64,000 bases of DNA from an uncultured virus (IMG/VR IMGVR_UViG_3300034198_008248) (taxonomy: Duplodnaviria; Heunggongvirae; Uroviricota; Caudoviricetes). Shown here piece after piece: positions 20,182 through 29,769 of the stretch. The notes under the pieces were generated by a model. That model was not told the origin of the DNA and ran no database searches. It worked only from the letters and a program-made list of their open reading frames with translations. The translations under genes and the position numbers were made by a program. The stretch spans positions 1 to 64,000 of the IMG/VR virus record IMGVR_UViG_3300034198_008248; one strand, 5' to 3'. Position 1 is the stretch's first letter; the number at the start of each line of letters is the position of its first letter.

Positions 20182-20303
20182 AGAAAACATACAGCAAATA
20201 CTAAGGAATGAATCCCTCGTGTCGGATGTTCGAATCATCCTGCCTCCACATATATAAAACGGAGGTATAGCTCAGATGGCAGAGCAGAGTATAAACGTTT
20301 TCT
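20182..20303 (+). ncRNA. Circularly permuted tRNA mimic inside a terminal stem (Y RNA/YrlA-like architecture)
   Basis: T arm plus 3' acceptor strand (20224-20248) precedes 5' acceptor strand plus D arm (20261-20289); AGAAAAC/GTTTTCT outer stem. Confidence 0.8.
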
Positions 20304-20368
20304 GATAATAATTTTTGATAATATGGATAATAAAGTAGAATTAATAGGTTGATAGATTAAATAATGAT

Positions 20369-21064
20369 ATGGAAATCATATCAGGTATTTACATCATCAC
20401 AAGTCCTTCTAATAAAATTTATATAGGGCTATCTGCAAATATTCATAAAAGGTGGATGCATTATAGATTTTTAAGTAATACAAGAAATCAACCATATCTA
20501 CACAATTCATTTAAAAAATATGGGGTATCTAATCATAAATTTGAAGTGTTGGAGAAAGTATCAGAAGAAGATTTATCTGAACGCGAAATTTATTGGATAA
20601 ATGAGAAAAACAGCACGGATGCAAGTATTGGAATGAATATAGCTTCTGGTGGAAATATACCACCGAAACAGAACAAACCCAAATCCGAAGAACATAAAAA
20701 AAAGATTGGGGATGCTAATCGAGGACGTATACATTCAGAATCCACAAAGGAAAAGATAAGACAGAAAAGAAAATTACAGGTTTTTACACCAGAACAAATA
20801 GAAAAAAGATCTTCTAAATTGAGAGGGGTTCCCAGCAAACTTAAAGGAACTAAACGCCCAAATATAAGTAAAAAATTGAAAGGTAGGTTAACACCCATAT
20901 CTATAAAATGTAAATTAATCAACATTATAGACTCTACCGAAATTGAAGCTGGTTCAATACAAGAATTGAGTAGATTGAGTGGGGTCAGTGTAACATCGCT
21001 TTTAAACATTCGAAAAGGTAATCCACCAAATAAATATAAACATTTTAAATATGAACAATACTAA
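20369..21064 (+). mobile_element. GIY-YIG homing endonuclease with NUMOD3 repeats
   Basis: GIYIITS...IYIGLS, KRW, SEEHKKKIG, HSESTKEKI. Confidence 0.9.
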
Positions 21065-21728
21065 TAACAATTCCAACACCGTTTCGTTAATTGGATACTA
21101 TGGGTCAGATAAAATCATCGCATGTTCAGCGTGGACTAGCACAAGCAGAAATTTATCACCTGATAAAGAAGAACGTATTCCCAAGTTGATTAAAGATCTA
21201 TGGGATAATGGACACGAAACACCTTTTGAAAAAGGCATGGTTCATTTTTTGGTCGATACAGATATTGCTTCACATATTCATTTATTGAAACATAGGATTT
21301 CTAGTATGAATGCTGAATCCGCAAGATATAAGGAACTTAAAGAAGATAAGTATTATATCCCGCAAGATTGGGAAAACATAAAAGCTGACGCTCAAGAACT
21401 AGACTACTATCTTGGAGATAATTGGAGTGAAATTCTACAGAGATACACAGAAATGGGGAATCAGCTATATCATCAATGTTTAAAAGACCTTGAGCCTACT
21501 CTTGGCCGCAAAAGAGCAAAAGAATCTGCCCGATTCTTCAAAACATACAATTCTCAGATCCAAGCAGATATTAGTTTCAATATGAGAAGCTTTGCAAATT
21601 TGTTGAAACTAAGATACTCGGATCATGCACAAAAGGAAATCAATGATATTGCCAAGGAAATGCTTGATCTTGTTATGGGTATTAAAGGTAAACCATTTAA
21701 ACATACGCTAGAAGCGTGGGGATATTAA
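21051..21728 (+). CDS. thyX: Flavin-dependent thymidylate synthase
   Basis: HETPFE, HLLKHR...NAESARY, KESARF, LR...HAQKEI. Confidence 0.93.
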   Translation: MNNTNNNSNTVSLIGYYGSDKIIACSAWTSTSRNLSPDKEERIPKLIKDLWDNGHETPFEKGMVHFLVDTDIASHIHLLKHRISSMNAESARYKELKEDKYYIPQDWENIKADAQELDYYLGDNWSEILQRYTEMGNQLYHQCLKDLEPTLGRKRAKESARFFKTYNSQIQADISFNMRSFANLLKLRYSDHAQKEINDIAKEMLDLVMGIKGKPFKHTLEAWGY

Positions 21729-21756
21729 TTATAAAACACTAGAATAAAATAACACT

Positions 21757-22302
21757 ATGAAAACAGATTTCAATTGGGGTGACGATATCATCGATTCCCG
21801 CGACATCATTACTCGCCATGAAGAATTACAAGACGAGTATAATTCTTTAGTGGAAGCACTGGAAGAAGCTAAGGGAGATCTTGATGATTTTCTTCGAGAA
21901 AATGATACTGATCCAGACAGTAAGGATGAGGATGATGATTCGGTTGCGTTTATTAGACGTAGACTTAATGAACTTCATGAAGTTGTCGAAGAAGCACAAG
22001 AAGCTCTAGATCAATTCAATCAGTCCTTTGATAAGGATGAACTTGATCTACTCACTGAAGTAATCTCTCAAGGTGAGGATTCACCTGATTGGTCTTATGG
22101 AGAAGGGTTGATCCACGAATCATACTTTACAGAATATGCAGAACAATTAGCCAATGATGTATGTGAATTTCCTAAAGAATTCCAATCAGGTCAATGGCCA
22201 TTCAATCATATGAAAATTGATTGGGAGTCTGCTGCTCAAGAACTTCAGTCAGATTACTTTGATATTTCTGCGGGTGGCGAAACCTATTGGATAAGGGTAT
22301 GA
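21757..22302 (+). CDS. Highly acidic protein, possible ArdA-like antirestriction DNA mimic
   Basis: D/E-rich; FTEYAEQL...IDWESAAQELQSDY. Confidence 0.55.
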   Translation: MKTDFNWGDDIIDSRDIITRHEELQDEYNSLVEALEEAKGDLDDFLRENDTDPDSKDEDDDSVAFIRRRLNELHEVVEEAQEALDQFNQSFDKDELDLLTEVISQGEDSPDWSYGEGLIHESYFTEYAEQLANDVCEFPKEFQSGQWPFNHMKIDWESAAQELQSDYFDISAGGETYWIRV

Positions 22303-22502
22303 GTAAATATACAAACACTATAGTCTCTATAAAAAACAACAAAATGTTAACATTCAATAAAACGGGTGTTGTAAGTGGTTGGGATTCTAAAATTAGAAAA
22401 TATATTGTAGAATTTGATGAAAGTTGGATTGGATGGTATAGTAAAAAGGATTTGAATTTTATTAAAAATGACATACAAAGAACTACCAATCGAAGACCTT
22501 AA
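22299..22502 (+). CDS. Hypothetical protein
   Basis: ORF. Confidence 0.55.
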   Translation: MSKYTNTIVSIKNNKMLTFNKTGVVSGWDSKIRKYIVEFDESWIGWYSKKDLNFIKNDIQRTTNRRP

Positions 22503-22785
22503 GAGTCTGTATTCGGATCGTCCGGGATTTATATTAGCTAGTCAACAACCATCTTCTAAGGAGAGTTGTGAGAAGCTATATAAACAAATTAAGGACGCTA
22601 AGATTTGTGAATACGAACCAGATTTCATTAACGTATCTCATGAGGGTCGTCTGTATGCTTTTGTATACCCCGCTGATGTAGCATTTAAGTCTGCTGATTT
22701 TTACGCTTTTTCTAAGCAAGCGGAAGGTATGTTCTTTGGTATGTTTCAAGTTGATATTTTAAGCGCATTTTTGAAAGAAAACTAA
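22468..22785 (+). CDS. Hypothetical protein
   Basis: ORF. Confidence 0.65.
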   Translation: MTYKELPIEDLKSLYSDRPGFILASQQPSSKESCEKLYKQIKDAKICEYEPDFINVSHEGRLYAFVYPADVAFKSADFYAFSKQAEGMFFGMFQVDILSAFLKEN

Positions 22786-22786
22786 T

Positions 22787-23167
22787 ATGGATGAAGATAG
22801 AATGAGTTATGTTGTAGGGTCTATATATGACATGGTGGAAGCATGCAATCTTTCTGATGATATGGAAGAATACGTAGACAAATATAAGGTAGCTGAAATC
22901 TTTTACAAAAGCGGATTATTGAGGGATGATGAATACGATTCAATTTGTGATTACTTCAAAGAAAACGATAGAGTCTTTGAAAGCATCGTAAACAAAACAG
23001 CAGACTTGGATAAAATGTATCAGGATAGACTTGATGCAATCGAATCTTTTTTATTTGGTGGAACTAGTAATGAAGCCATAAGCGGTATCATACAATGGAT
23101 TGAATCACCAGACTGTGATAAAGGAGATTTAATTCGTCTAAAAGAAGCTATTGAAAAATATGTGTAA
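22787..23167 (+). CDS. Hypothetical protein
   Basis: ORF. Confidence 0.65.
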   Translation: MDEDRMSYVVGSIYDMVEACNLSDDMEEYVDKYKVAEIFYKSGLLRDDEYDSICDYFKENDRVFESIVNKTADLDKMYQDRLDAIESFLFGGTSNEAISGIIQWIESPDCDKGDLIRLKEAIEKYV

Positions 23168-23235
23168 CATAAATGATTAAACACTAGAATATAATAACTT
23201 CATCGATTTAATAAATTAACTAATCTGACAAACTT

Positions 23236-23685
23236 ATGGAATCACCAAAATACATTTACAATCTCATCGCCTTCTCAGACTCTCATATTAAGGCATGGGA
23301 AGCTCGTAGAGAGAAAGAAAAGGAGTATACAAATCTGATCAATGGTATGACTCAAGATGAAAAGATGGAGTTTGGTAAACGTTGGTGGATTGAAAATAAA
23401 CCAGATCCAACTGATACATATTTCGGTAAAGCTTATCGTGGTTCATTCACCGACTTAGATCTATTGATCAAATGTGTGGAGGATCAAAATGATTGTTATG
23501 GTATCTGTGAATGTTACTATACATATCTTCTGATTGAGAAACACTATCTTAATTGTATTGATGGTATTTGTTGGGGAGACGAGTATCCCGAAGATGGGGA
23601 GATTTGGTATAAGATGGATGAAAACTATCAATACAAAAGAATTCCTAAACCAGACTGTTTCAAACAAACCGTTAGTTTTACATGA
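23236..23685 (+). CDS. Hypothetical protein
   Basis: Motif upstream; ICECYYTYLLIE. Confidence 0.7.
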   Translation: MESPKYIYNLIAFSDSHIKAWEARREKEKEYTNLINGMTQDEKMEFGKRWWIENKPDPTDTYFGKAYRGSFTDLDLLIKCVEDQNDCYGICECYYTYLLIEKHYLNCIDGICWGDEYPEDGEIWYKMDENYQYKRIPKPDCFKQTVSFT

Positions 23686-23900
23686 AATCCAAATTTTATA
23701 TTCCACCTGATCCTGTGATTTGTATGTATAGTGTGATGAATAAACCACACCTGTTTGCATGTATAATGTATTATTGTGGTCGGAAAGGTTACAAGTATTA
23801 TATCGAAGAAGATAATTTTGGACGTATGCCTAGAATAAACATTAAAATTATTTTAGATACAAAAAGACAATACACATATTTTAAGAAAAGATTTGGTTAA
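23682..23900 (+). CDS. Hypothetical protein
   Basis: ORF. Confidence 0.55.
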   Translation: MKSKFYIPPDPVICMYSVMNKPHLFACIMYYCGRKGYKYYIEEDNFGRMPRINIKIILDTKRQYTYFKKRFG

Positions 23901-23921
23901 ACACTAAGGTATAATTTAGAC

Positions 23922-24611
23922 ATGCTTCTCACCACAAACACAAAATTAAAAAAGTCTCTTGATCTTGGATATCTCACATTTGGTATCCATCTTGCTCCTG
24001 AAAAATTATCAGGTTTTAATGTCTGTAAGAATTCCAGTGCTGGTTGTCGTGCTGCGTGTTTGAATACGGCTGGAATGGGTGCTTATTCATCTGTTCAATT
24101 AGCCCGTATCAATAAGACAAAATACTTCTTCACTAATAAGAATGGGTTCATGGAACAACTTATTAAGGAAATTTCTTCAGCTATCAAGAAGTCTTTGAAG
24201 AAGGGTCTTACTCCTTGTTTTAGATTGAATCTCACGAGTGATCTACCTTGGCATAAGATTAAGCATAACGGCATGACTCTTATGGAGATGTTTGATGATG
24301 TTCAATTTTATGATTACACTCCAGATTTTGATCGTATGGTAGAATTCTTGGAGAAGAAGCTTCCTAAAAATTATCATCTAACCTTTTCTAGAAAGGAAGA
24401 TAATGACCTCAAGTGTCAAGCTATTCTTGGAAGTAAGGGAAATGTTGCTATCGTTTTTAATGGTGAACAACCTAAGAAATTTAATGGTAAGCGCATTGTA
24501 AGTGGTGATGATCATGATCTTAGGTTTCTTGATCCGAAGGGTTGCATCGTTGCCTTGAAAGGTAAGCGTCATGCTAAGATTGATAAGACTGGGTTTGCTT
24601 TGACTGTGTAA
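23922..24611 (+). CDS. Phage Gp88-like (radical-SAM-related) protein
   Basis: NTKLKK, VC..SSAGC...CL, RLNLTSD, FYDYT, GDDHDLRFLD. Confidence 0.8.
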   Translation: MLLTTNTKLKKSLDLGYLTFGIHLAPEKLSGFNVCKNSSAGCRAACLNTAGMGAYSSVQLARINKTKYFFTNKNGFMEQLIKEISSAIKKSLKKGLTPCFRLNLTSDLPWHKIKHNGMTLMEMFDDVQFYDYTPDFDRMVEFLEKKLPKNYHLTFSRKEDNDLKCQAILGSKGNVAIVFNGEQPKKFNGKRIVSGDDHDLRFLDPKGCIVALKGKRHAKIDKTGFALTV

Positions 24612-24632
24612 ACACTAAAGTAAGATACACTC

Positions 24633-25037
24633 ATGGCAATTAACTTCTCCCGTTTAGAAGATATTACTAGGGCGATGAAGCCTTTGTATCAATCGGGTAA
24701 GAGTTTCCATACAACTTTCGTATATCATGGATCTAAATTGATTACCATTGGTAATAATTCATATGATAAGCAAAACTTATACTATAAGTTTGGTCAATAC
24801 AAATCCAATAGAACACAAGGAAATTATAAGGCTGGATTGCATTCAGAAATTTCATCCTTGATTCGACTTGGATTGGAGGATTGTTTCCATCTAACCTTTG
24901 TGAATGTGAGACTCAATAATCTAGGAGAAACCGCTATATCAAAACCATGCTCGAATTGCCTAAGAAATTTAAGGGCCGTTGGGTATAAGAATTTGTGGTA
25001 TTATGATGGAGAAAAATACATAAAGGAAAAATACTAA
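24633..25037 (+). CDS. Zn-dependent deaminase (cytidine/dCMP deaminase fold)
   Basis: LHSE and SKPCSNC. Confidence 0.8.
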   Translation: MAINFSRLEDITRAMKPLYQSGKSFHTTFVYHGSKLITIGNNSYDKQNLYYKFGQYKSNRTQGNYKAGLHSEISSLIRLGLEDCFHLTFVNVRLNNLGETAISKPCSNCLRNLRAVGYKNLWYYDGEKYIKEKY

Positions 25038-25038
25038 C

Positions 25039-25293
25039 ATGAATATTCATAGATACTTTGAGATGTATGATACTGTAGGTTTTCTACATGATGTTTTCTA
25101 TGAGGTAGAATCAGGTAAGATCATACCCAAAGGTTTGGCTACATATAGTGTGATCGATGGTAAAGTTGTAGATCCTATCATCAAACCAAGTGATCCTCTT
25201 AATGAAATAACCTTTACAGCTATCGTTAGTATTATGATAGCGGATGGTGTGATGGATATGGAATCTAATTATCTATTAAACACTAACGAATAA
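25039..25293 (+). CDS. Hypothetical protein
   Basis: ORF. Confidence 0.6.
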   Translation: MNIHRYFEMYDTVGFLHDVFYEVESGKIIPKGLATYSVIDGKVVDPIIKPSDPLNEITFTAIVSIMIADGVMDMESNYLLNTNE

Positions 25294-25300
25294 TGAGAGT

Positions 25301-25615
25301 ATGAAACCACCCGATTGGTATATCAAATTAGTTGATAAAACAAGACCAGCTTTACAGGCATTTAGATTAGATGGAGATCATGTTTATGATATGCCATCAT
25401 GTTTTTTATATATGAGTGATGGGGATGATTGGTACGATTGGGATGATGGTGTGTGTAATATCCCAGTCTATAATGTATCATGGACCTGTCATGTGTTGGT
25501 TGCACAAGACGAAGATTGTAAACTATTTCCAATCTGGAAAGGTGAAATGACACCCAAAAGAGAAAGCATGTTGAGAGAATTCCAACTACGGTTTTCTGAA
25601 AGTGGAGATTTTTAA
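25301..25615 (+). CDS. Hypothetical protein
   Basis: Motif upstream. Confidence 0.65.
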   Translation: MKPPDWYIKLVDKTRPALQAFRLDGDHVYDMPSCFLYMSDGDDWYDWDDGVCNIPVYNVSWTCHVLVAQDEDCKLFPIWKGEMTPKRESMLREFQLRFSESGDF

Positions 25616-25616
25616 T

Positions 25617-25829
25617 ATGAAAAAACTAATCAATCTATTCTATAAACTAACCACAAAGGATTTCGATCAGAAGATTCAATCTGCTCGTAAAACTACTAAT
25701 ATGATCATCTCTTCAACCAATGGATCTATCTCTCATTTCTATAATGAGCAAGGTCAAAAGATTCGTGGTTGGGAAGGTAAAACATATAAGTTTACTAATC
25801 AACATCCACTAATTACAAAGTATCAATAA
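25617..25829 (+). CDS. Hypothetical protein
   Basis: ORF. Confidence 0.55.
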   Translation: MKKLINLFYKLTTKDFDQKIQSARKTTNMIISSTNGSISHFYNEQGQKIRGWEGKTYKFTNQHPLITKYQ

Positions 25830-25851
25830 AACACTAAGATATACTAACGAT

Positions 25852-26385
25852 ATGACAACGACAACTAATCCCCTAAGTGCTGAAGCTATTCGCAACAAAA
25901 TCCTTTCTTGTAAGGGTCAATTTGTAAAAGCATCATGGAAAAGCAATCCTACACCTGCTGCTTCTTTTAAGAAAGAAGGTGTTATCCTTGAGAAACACAC
26001 AGTTGCCGTGGTGCAAGCTGGTGTAAATTATGCTAATCTTTCTGCTGTGAAGGAAGGAATTGCATCTGGTGAACGTGGTGAAGTTGGTGAACTACCATGG
26101 GGGTCGTGGTATGTGGACAAATTGACAAAGAAATCATGGTTTCCTCATGTCATCGAACATAAGGATAATCTTTATCTTCGTCTTTATCCATCCCAAGCTA
26201 ATAATCATATTCCAAAGTCTGTGTATTATGTAAACGGTGAGATTGTTGATAAGGCTAAGTTTGCTGAGTATCTTCCCCCATCAGAAGCTAAGAAACTTCT
26301 TAGTCCTACTGATGAAGATCGTCCTCTATGCTTCACCATCAAGGCTGATAATATCCTTGATATACCGGAAGACGTTGAAGGATGA
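25852..26385 (+). CDS. Hypothetical phage protein
   Basis: Motif upstream; LPWG, IEHK..YLRLYP. Confidence 0.8.
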   Translation: MTTTTNPLSAEAIRNKILSCKGQFVKASWKSNPTPAASFKKEGVILEKHTVAVVQAGVNYANLSAVKEGIASGERGEVGELPWGSWYVDKLTKKSWFPHVIEHKDNLYLRLYPSQANNHIPKSVYYVNGEIVDKAKFAEYLPPSEAKKLLSPTDEDRPLCFTIKADNILDIPEDVEG

Positions 26386-26407
26386 AACACTAACATAAAC
26401 TCACACC

Positions 26408-26926
26408 ATGATCGAGTTCAAAGTTGAGACTATCCTAGAAGATGATTGTAGTTGGGAAAACCTTCTAGTAAAAACACCTGATAAAGATTGGCATGATGCT
26501 GAACTTACTTATGGTGTGGGAACTGAATCAGAAGTTCGAAACATCCTTCGTAATATCTCGTATTGTGAAAGTGTTCGTAAATCATTCAACGGATTTCTGA
26601 AATCTATTAATGAGAAATTTGGTCAATTCGAAAGGGTTGAGAATTCTTTTATGTCTTATGACACTCCCTATGGTCTATCTTTGGATGGTGTGATTGTAAT
26701 CGCATCAGAAAACTTCTTAAAGTTCGAAGTTGGTTACGAAACGTATGAATCTTATGGTTATTGGGAACCACCATCTTCTGATTTTAAAGAATATTCCAAA
26801 CACAATGGATTTATCCCTGCTCTTAGGGATGCTCTTGGTCTTTATATGATGGATTGGTTTACTAAGAAACAAGAGTCTGATATGGAACAAGCTTATAAGG
26901 ATAATCCTGAAGAATATATTGATTAA
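26408..26926 (+). CDS. Hypothetical protein
   Basis: Motif upstream. Confidence 0.7.
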   Translation: MIEFKVETILEDDCSWENLLVKTPDKDWHDAELTYGVGTESEVRNILRNISYCESVRKSFNGFLKSINEKFGQFERVENSFMSYDTPYGLSLDGVIVIASENFLKFEVGYETYESYGYWEPPSSDFKEYSKHNGFIPALRDALGLYMMDWFTKKQESDMEQAYKDNPEEYID

Positions 26927-26947
26927 ACACTAGAATAAAATAACAAT

Positions 26948-27145
26948 ATGAGTAATAATACTACAACATCATCTGGAGGCATTGGATTTGTAGGTCTTTT
27001 GACTGTGCTTTTCATTGGCCTAAAACTTACGGGATATATTGCATGGTCATGGTGGTGGGTTCTATCCCCCATTTGGATTAGCTTTGCTTTGGTTCTGTTG
27101 ATCATTGCGATTGCTCTAATCATTGCTTTCACGGTAGGAAAATAA
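26948..27145 (+). CDS. Small phage membrane protein
   Basis: GGIGFVGLLTVLFIGLKLTGYIAWSWWWVLSPIW. Confidence 0.85.
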   Translation: MSNNTTTSSGGIGFVGLLTVLFIGLKLTGYIAWSWWWVLSPIWISFALVLLIIAIALIIAFTVGK

Positions 27146-27174
27146 ACGATTAAACACTAAACTAAAATAACGGT

Positions 27175-27591
27175 ATGGAAACTGAAACAGAAAAGAAGTC
27201 GGTCGCTAAACAAGTCGTAGTGAATGTTAGCGAAGAACAAAAGGCAACACTTCAAAAGTTGAAGGAAGATTATAACCTTACTGATAAAGGTGTAATCACT
27301 CTTCTCCTAGAAGTAGCATTCAACAATCAAGTAGGGCTTATGCCTGATGATAATGGTGATCCACAAGAAGTGGATACCTTTGCCATCGTGGTAGATGGTC
27401 TTAATCTTGCTAAGAAGGTTAAGGTTGAGAAGGTGGTTCTTACAGAAGAAGAAAAGGCTGCTGCTAAGGAAGCTAAGAAGCAAGAGCGTCTTCGTAAGAA
27501 GTTGGCTGAACTTACTGCACAACTTAAGGCAGAAGTATCAGGAAGTTCTGATGATTCAGATGTCGAGACTGTGGTGGAAATCGGCGTCTAA
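27175..27591 (+). CDS. Hypothetical protein
   Basis: Motif upstream. Confidence 0.75.
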   Translation: METETEKKSVAKQVVVNVSEEQKATLQKLKEDYNLTDKGVITLLLEVAFNNQVGLMPDDNGDPQEVDTFAIVVDGLNLAKKVKVEKVVLTEEEKAAAKEAKKQERLRKKLAELTAQLKAEVSGSSDDSDVETVVEIGV

Positions 27592-27652
27592 AGGTGGGAT
27601 GGAGGGGTTTAGTAGGTTCTATCCCTACTAAACCCCTCGGGGTTGTATAATT

Positions 27653-27994
27653 ATGAATTCAATAATAAATATTTTAGGTGGATTTCGAATCATTATTGGA
27701 TTACTATTTTTGGCTTTTGGGTGTTTCTTGGATTTTAGTCTGGGAGGCTTTGGTACATGCCTAAGATTCATTAGTGGTCTTGGTGGTGCTTATTTAATCC
27801 TTGGACATACTAGAAACGGTCTAGGATATGTCTTAGGTATGATTGTTGGTCTTATTGGATACTCATGGGCTATCAGGTCTGGTAGTCTATCTGTATTTGA
27901 TATGTTTTATGTGGAAGGATTCGCTAAATTCGCCACTCGAATCGTGTGCGCTTTTATGTTTATTCTTGGATTGAAAGACGTTAAAGAAAACTGA
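27653..27994 (+). CDS. Membrane protein (about 4 TM)
   Basis: Hydrophobic segments. Confidence 0.7.
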   Translation: MNSIINILGGFRIIIGLLFLAFGCFLDFSLGGFGTCLRFISGLGGAYLILGHTRNGLGYVLGMIVGLIGYSWAIRSGSLSVFDMFYVEGFAKFATRIVCAFMFILGLKDVKEN

Positions 27995-28019
27995 TGAAAC
28001 ACTAACTCACAATCCTAAT

Positions 28020-28343
28020 ATGGCTGCTACTTATTGCACTATTACAGAATTGGAAATGGATGCTCTTCTAAAGCATGATAAAGGCTGGAGCAAAACCATT
28101 AAGGGTAATGAATATGTATACGCTTATCAAACTAAAAAGAATCCAAATATCAGTCTATTTGTTTACTCTTCAATTTCTCCTAATGGTGTATCGAAGAAGT
28201 GCGGTACTGATGCTGTCAGGATATGTGCGGTTAATACAGTAACAAACAAAGGTATCCTTAAAACAAAAAGAATCAATAGAGTTCCCGGTTGGGATGTTAG
28301 GCTCAAGGAAAGAGTTATGGATATGTTGAACCAAATCTTTTGA
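28020..28343 (+). CDS. Hypothetical phage protein
   Basis: CGTDAVRI, KRINRVPGW. Confidence 0.75.
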   Translation: MAATYCTITELEMDALLKHDKGWSKTIKGNEYVYAYQTKKNPNISLFVYSSISPNGVSKKCGTDAVRICAVNTVTNKGILKTKRINRVPGWDVRLKERVMDMLNQIF

Positions 28344-28344
28344 T

Positions 28345-28716
28345 ATGAACTTCAGAACAATATCTGATTTCCCTCAATGGGTTCATGATTATAATCATTA
28401 TCAATCACGTAAAGGTTGGCCTAAAGAATATCAACCTATCGCTGATGAGATCTATAAGAAAGCAGATGAAATAGCTGAAAGGATTAAATCATCCAAACCA
28501 TCATCTCCATACTCTCTAGGAGAGATCAATAATAAGATGGGAGCTAGAGAGGACTATTACGAATCATATCCAGTCTTCGCTTGTTGTGAAGGTTATAGAC
28601 CAGATGATTGGGATTATGTATATGATTCCCAAATTGGATATGAATTTTCTAGGGGTGGATTGAGAGAAGCTAAGATCGGAAATTGGTATTTTCTTCTTGG
28701 ATTCGATTTTGATTGA
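28345..28716 (+). CDS. Hypothetical protein
   Basis: ORF. Confidence 0.65.
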   Translation: MNFRTISDFPQWVHDYNHYQSRKGWPKEYQPIADEIYKKADEIAERIKSSKPSSPYSLGEINNKMGAREDYYESYPVFACCEGYRPDDWDYVYDSQIGYEFSRGGLREAKIGNWYFLLGFDFD

Positions 28717-28741
28717 TGAAACACTAAAGTAAACTACTGAC

Positions 28742-28909
28742 ATGAAGCAATACATCGTAACAATGAAATTTAATGTCTTTATCAATGCTGAAGATGAAGA
28801 TGATCTCAATGATAAGATCATGGATATGGAATGTGTATTCAATGAAGAGGATGGATCAGTTTACGACAATGAATTGATTGATATTGACACTGAAGAATAT
28901 GTAGGATAA
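28742..28909 (+). CDS. Small acidic protein
   Basis: 55 aa, motif upstream, D/E-rich. Confidence 0.6.
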   Translation: MKQYIVTMKFNVFINAEDEDDLNDKIMDMECVFNEEDGSVYDNELIDIDTEEYVG

Positions 28910-28921
28910 CTAAAAATCAAT

Positions 28922-29040
28922 GGCCGTATGATGAAAAGGTAAACATCGCAGACTTTCTAATAGGGTATAAGTGAAATATATTATACCTTGTCGAAAATCT
29001 GCCGCCGAAAGGCTTCCCGGTTCGAGTCCGGGTGCGGTCA
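28922..29040 (+). tRNA. tRNA-Leu(TAA) with 38-nt insert in the anticodon loop
   Basis: GGCCGTA/TGCGGTC acceptor, GCAGA-CTT[28956-28993]AAAA-TCTGC, long variable arm, CCCGG-TTCGAGT-CCGGG. Confidence 0.85.
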
Positions 29041-29051
29041 GAAACAGGAAA

Positions 29052-29711
29052 TCACACTACTTCCACGTAGTCTGTTTTGGATGACTCTAATTTAGAGTTA
29101 ACTAAATGTGTGATAATATCAAGATATTTTTGTGAAGTAGAAGGCTTAACGTATTTGTGTTGAGAAGTATCGATAATACATAATTCGATACCTTTCTCTA
29201 AACAAGCCTGAAATTTTCTATTATCATTGTTTTGGATTTGATTTAGCTTATCTTCACCATATATTGGTTCATAATGGAATATTCCATTAAGTTCAAAGGC
29301 TAATTTTAGGGATGGTATATAAATATCAAGCTCAGAATTAATGGTGGTTTTGTTCGAATATAGAATTTCTAGTTCTAGATATAACACAGTTAATTGTTCT
29401 TCTAACCATTTTTCTAACTTACTTCTGCGATTACCCTTTGTTTTGTGAGTGTTGTTATATGTAGCAGAGCAAGATCTAGAACAAAAATTTTTAGGGGTTC
29501 TCGTAACCTCGCTATAATGTTTCATAAAAAAACAACCACAACTTTCACACGAAACTTCTATTCTTGGGCTTTTTCCTTGTCCCAATAATCTGCATTCCAG
29601 CGAACAATAATTATTCCTATTATGGATTTTCTTTTTACTCCTCCGATTCTTCCATTGGTCATATGAAACTTCGAATTCTTCATTACACCTATCACAATTA
29701 AGCATCTTCAT
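29052..29711 (-). mobile_element. Zinc-finger plus PD-(D/E)XK-type putative homing endonuclease
   Basis: CxxC and CSxxC repeats; SKLE, ELDIYIP..KLAFELNGIFHY; TAAATA upstream. Confidence 0.8.
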
Positions 29712-29737
29712 AATACTATTTAGTCTAAAAGTGTATT

Positions 29738-29757
29738 TTCGAGTCCGGGTGCGGCTA
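29738..29757 (+). repeat. Duplicate of the tRNA-Leu 3' end
   Basis: TTCGAGTCCGGGTGCGG identical to 29021-29037. Confidence 0.9.
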
Positions 29758-29769
29758 TCTCATACAATA

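Noticed and set aside
22313..22330. AAACACTA inside a coding region (similar case at about 35663)
   Set aside because: No properly spaced -10 and ATG; probably chance
28956..28993. Group I intron in tRNA-Leu
   Set aside because: 38 nt cannot hold the catalytic core
29731..29769. N-terminal extension of TilS in the ORF track
   Set aside because: It reads through the duplicated tRNA 3' end; the ATG at 29770 is more plausible
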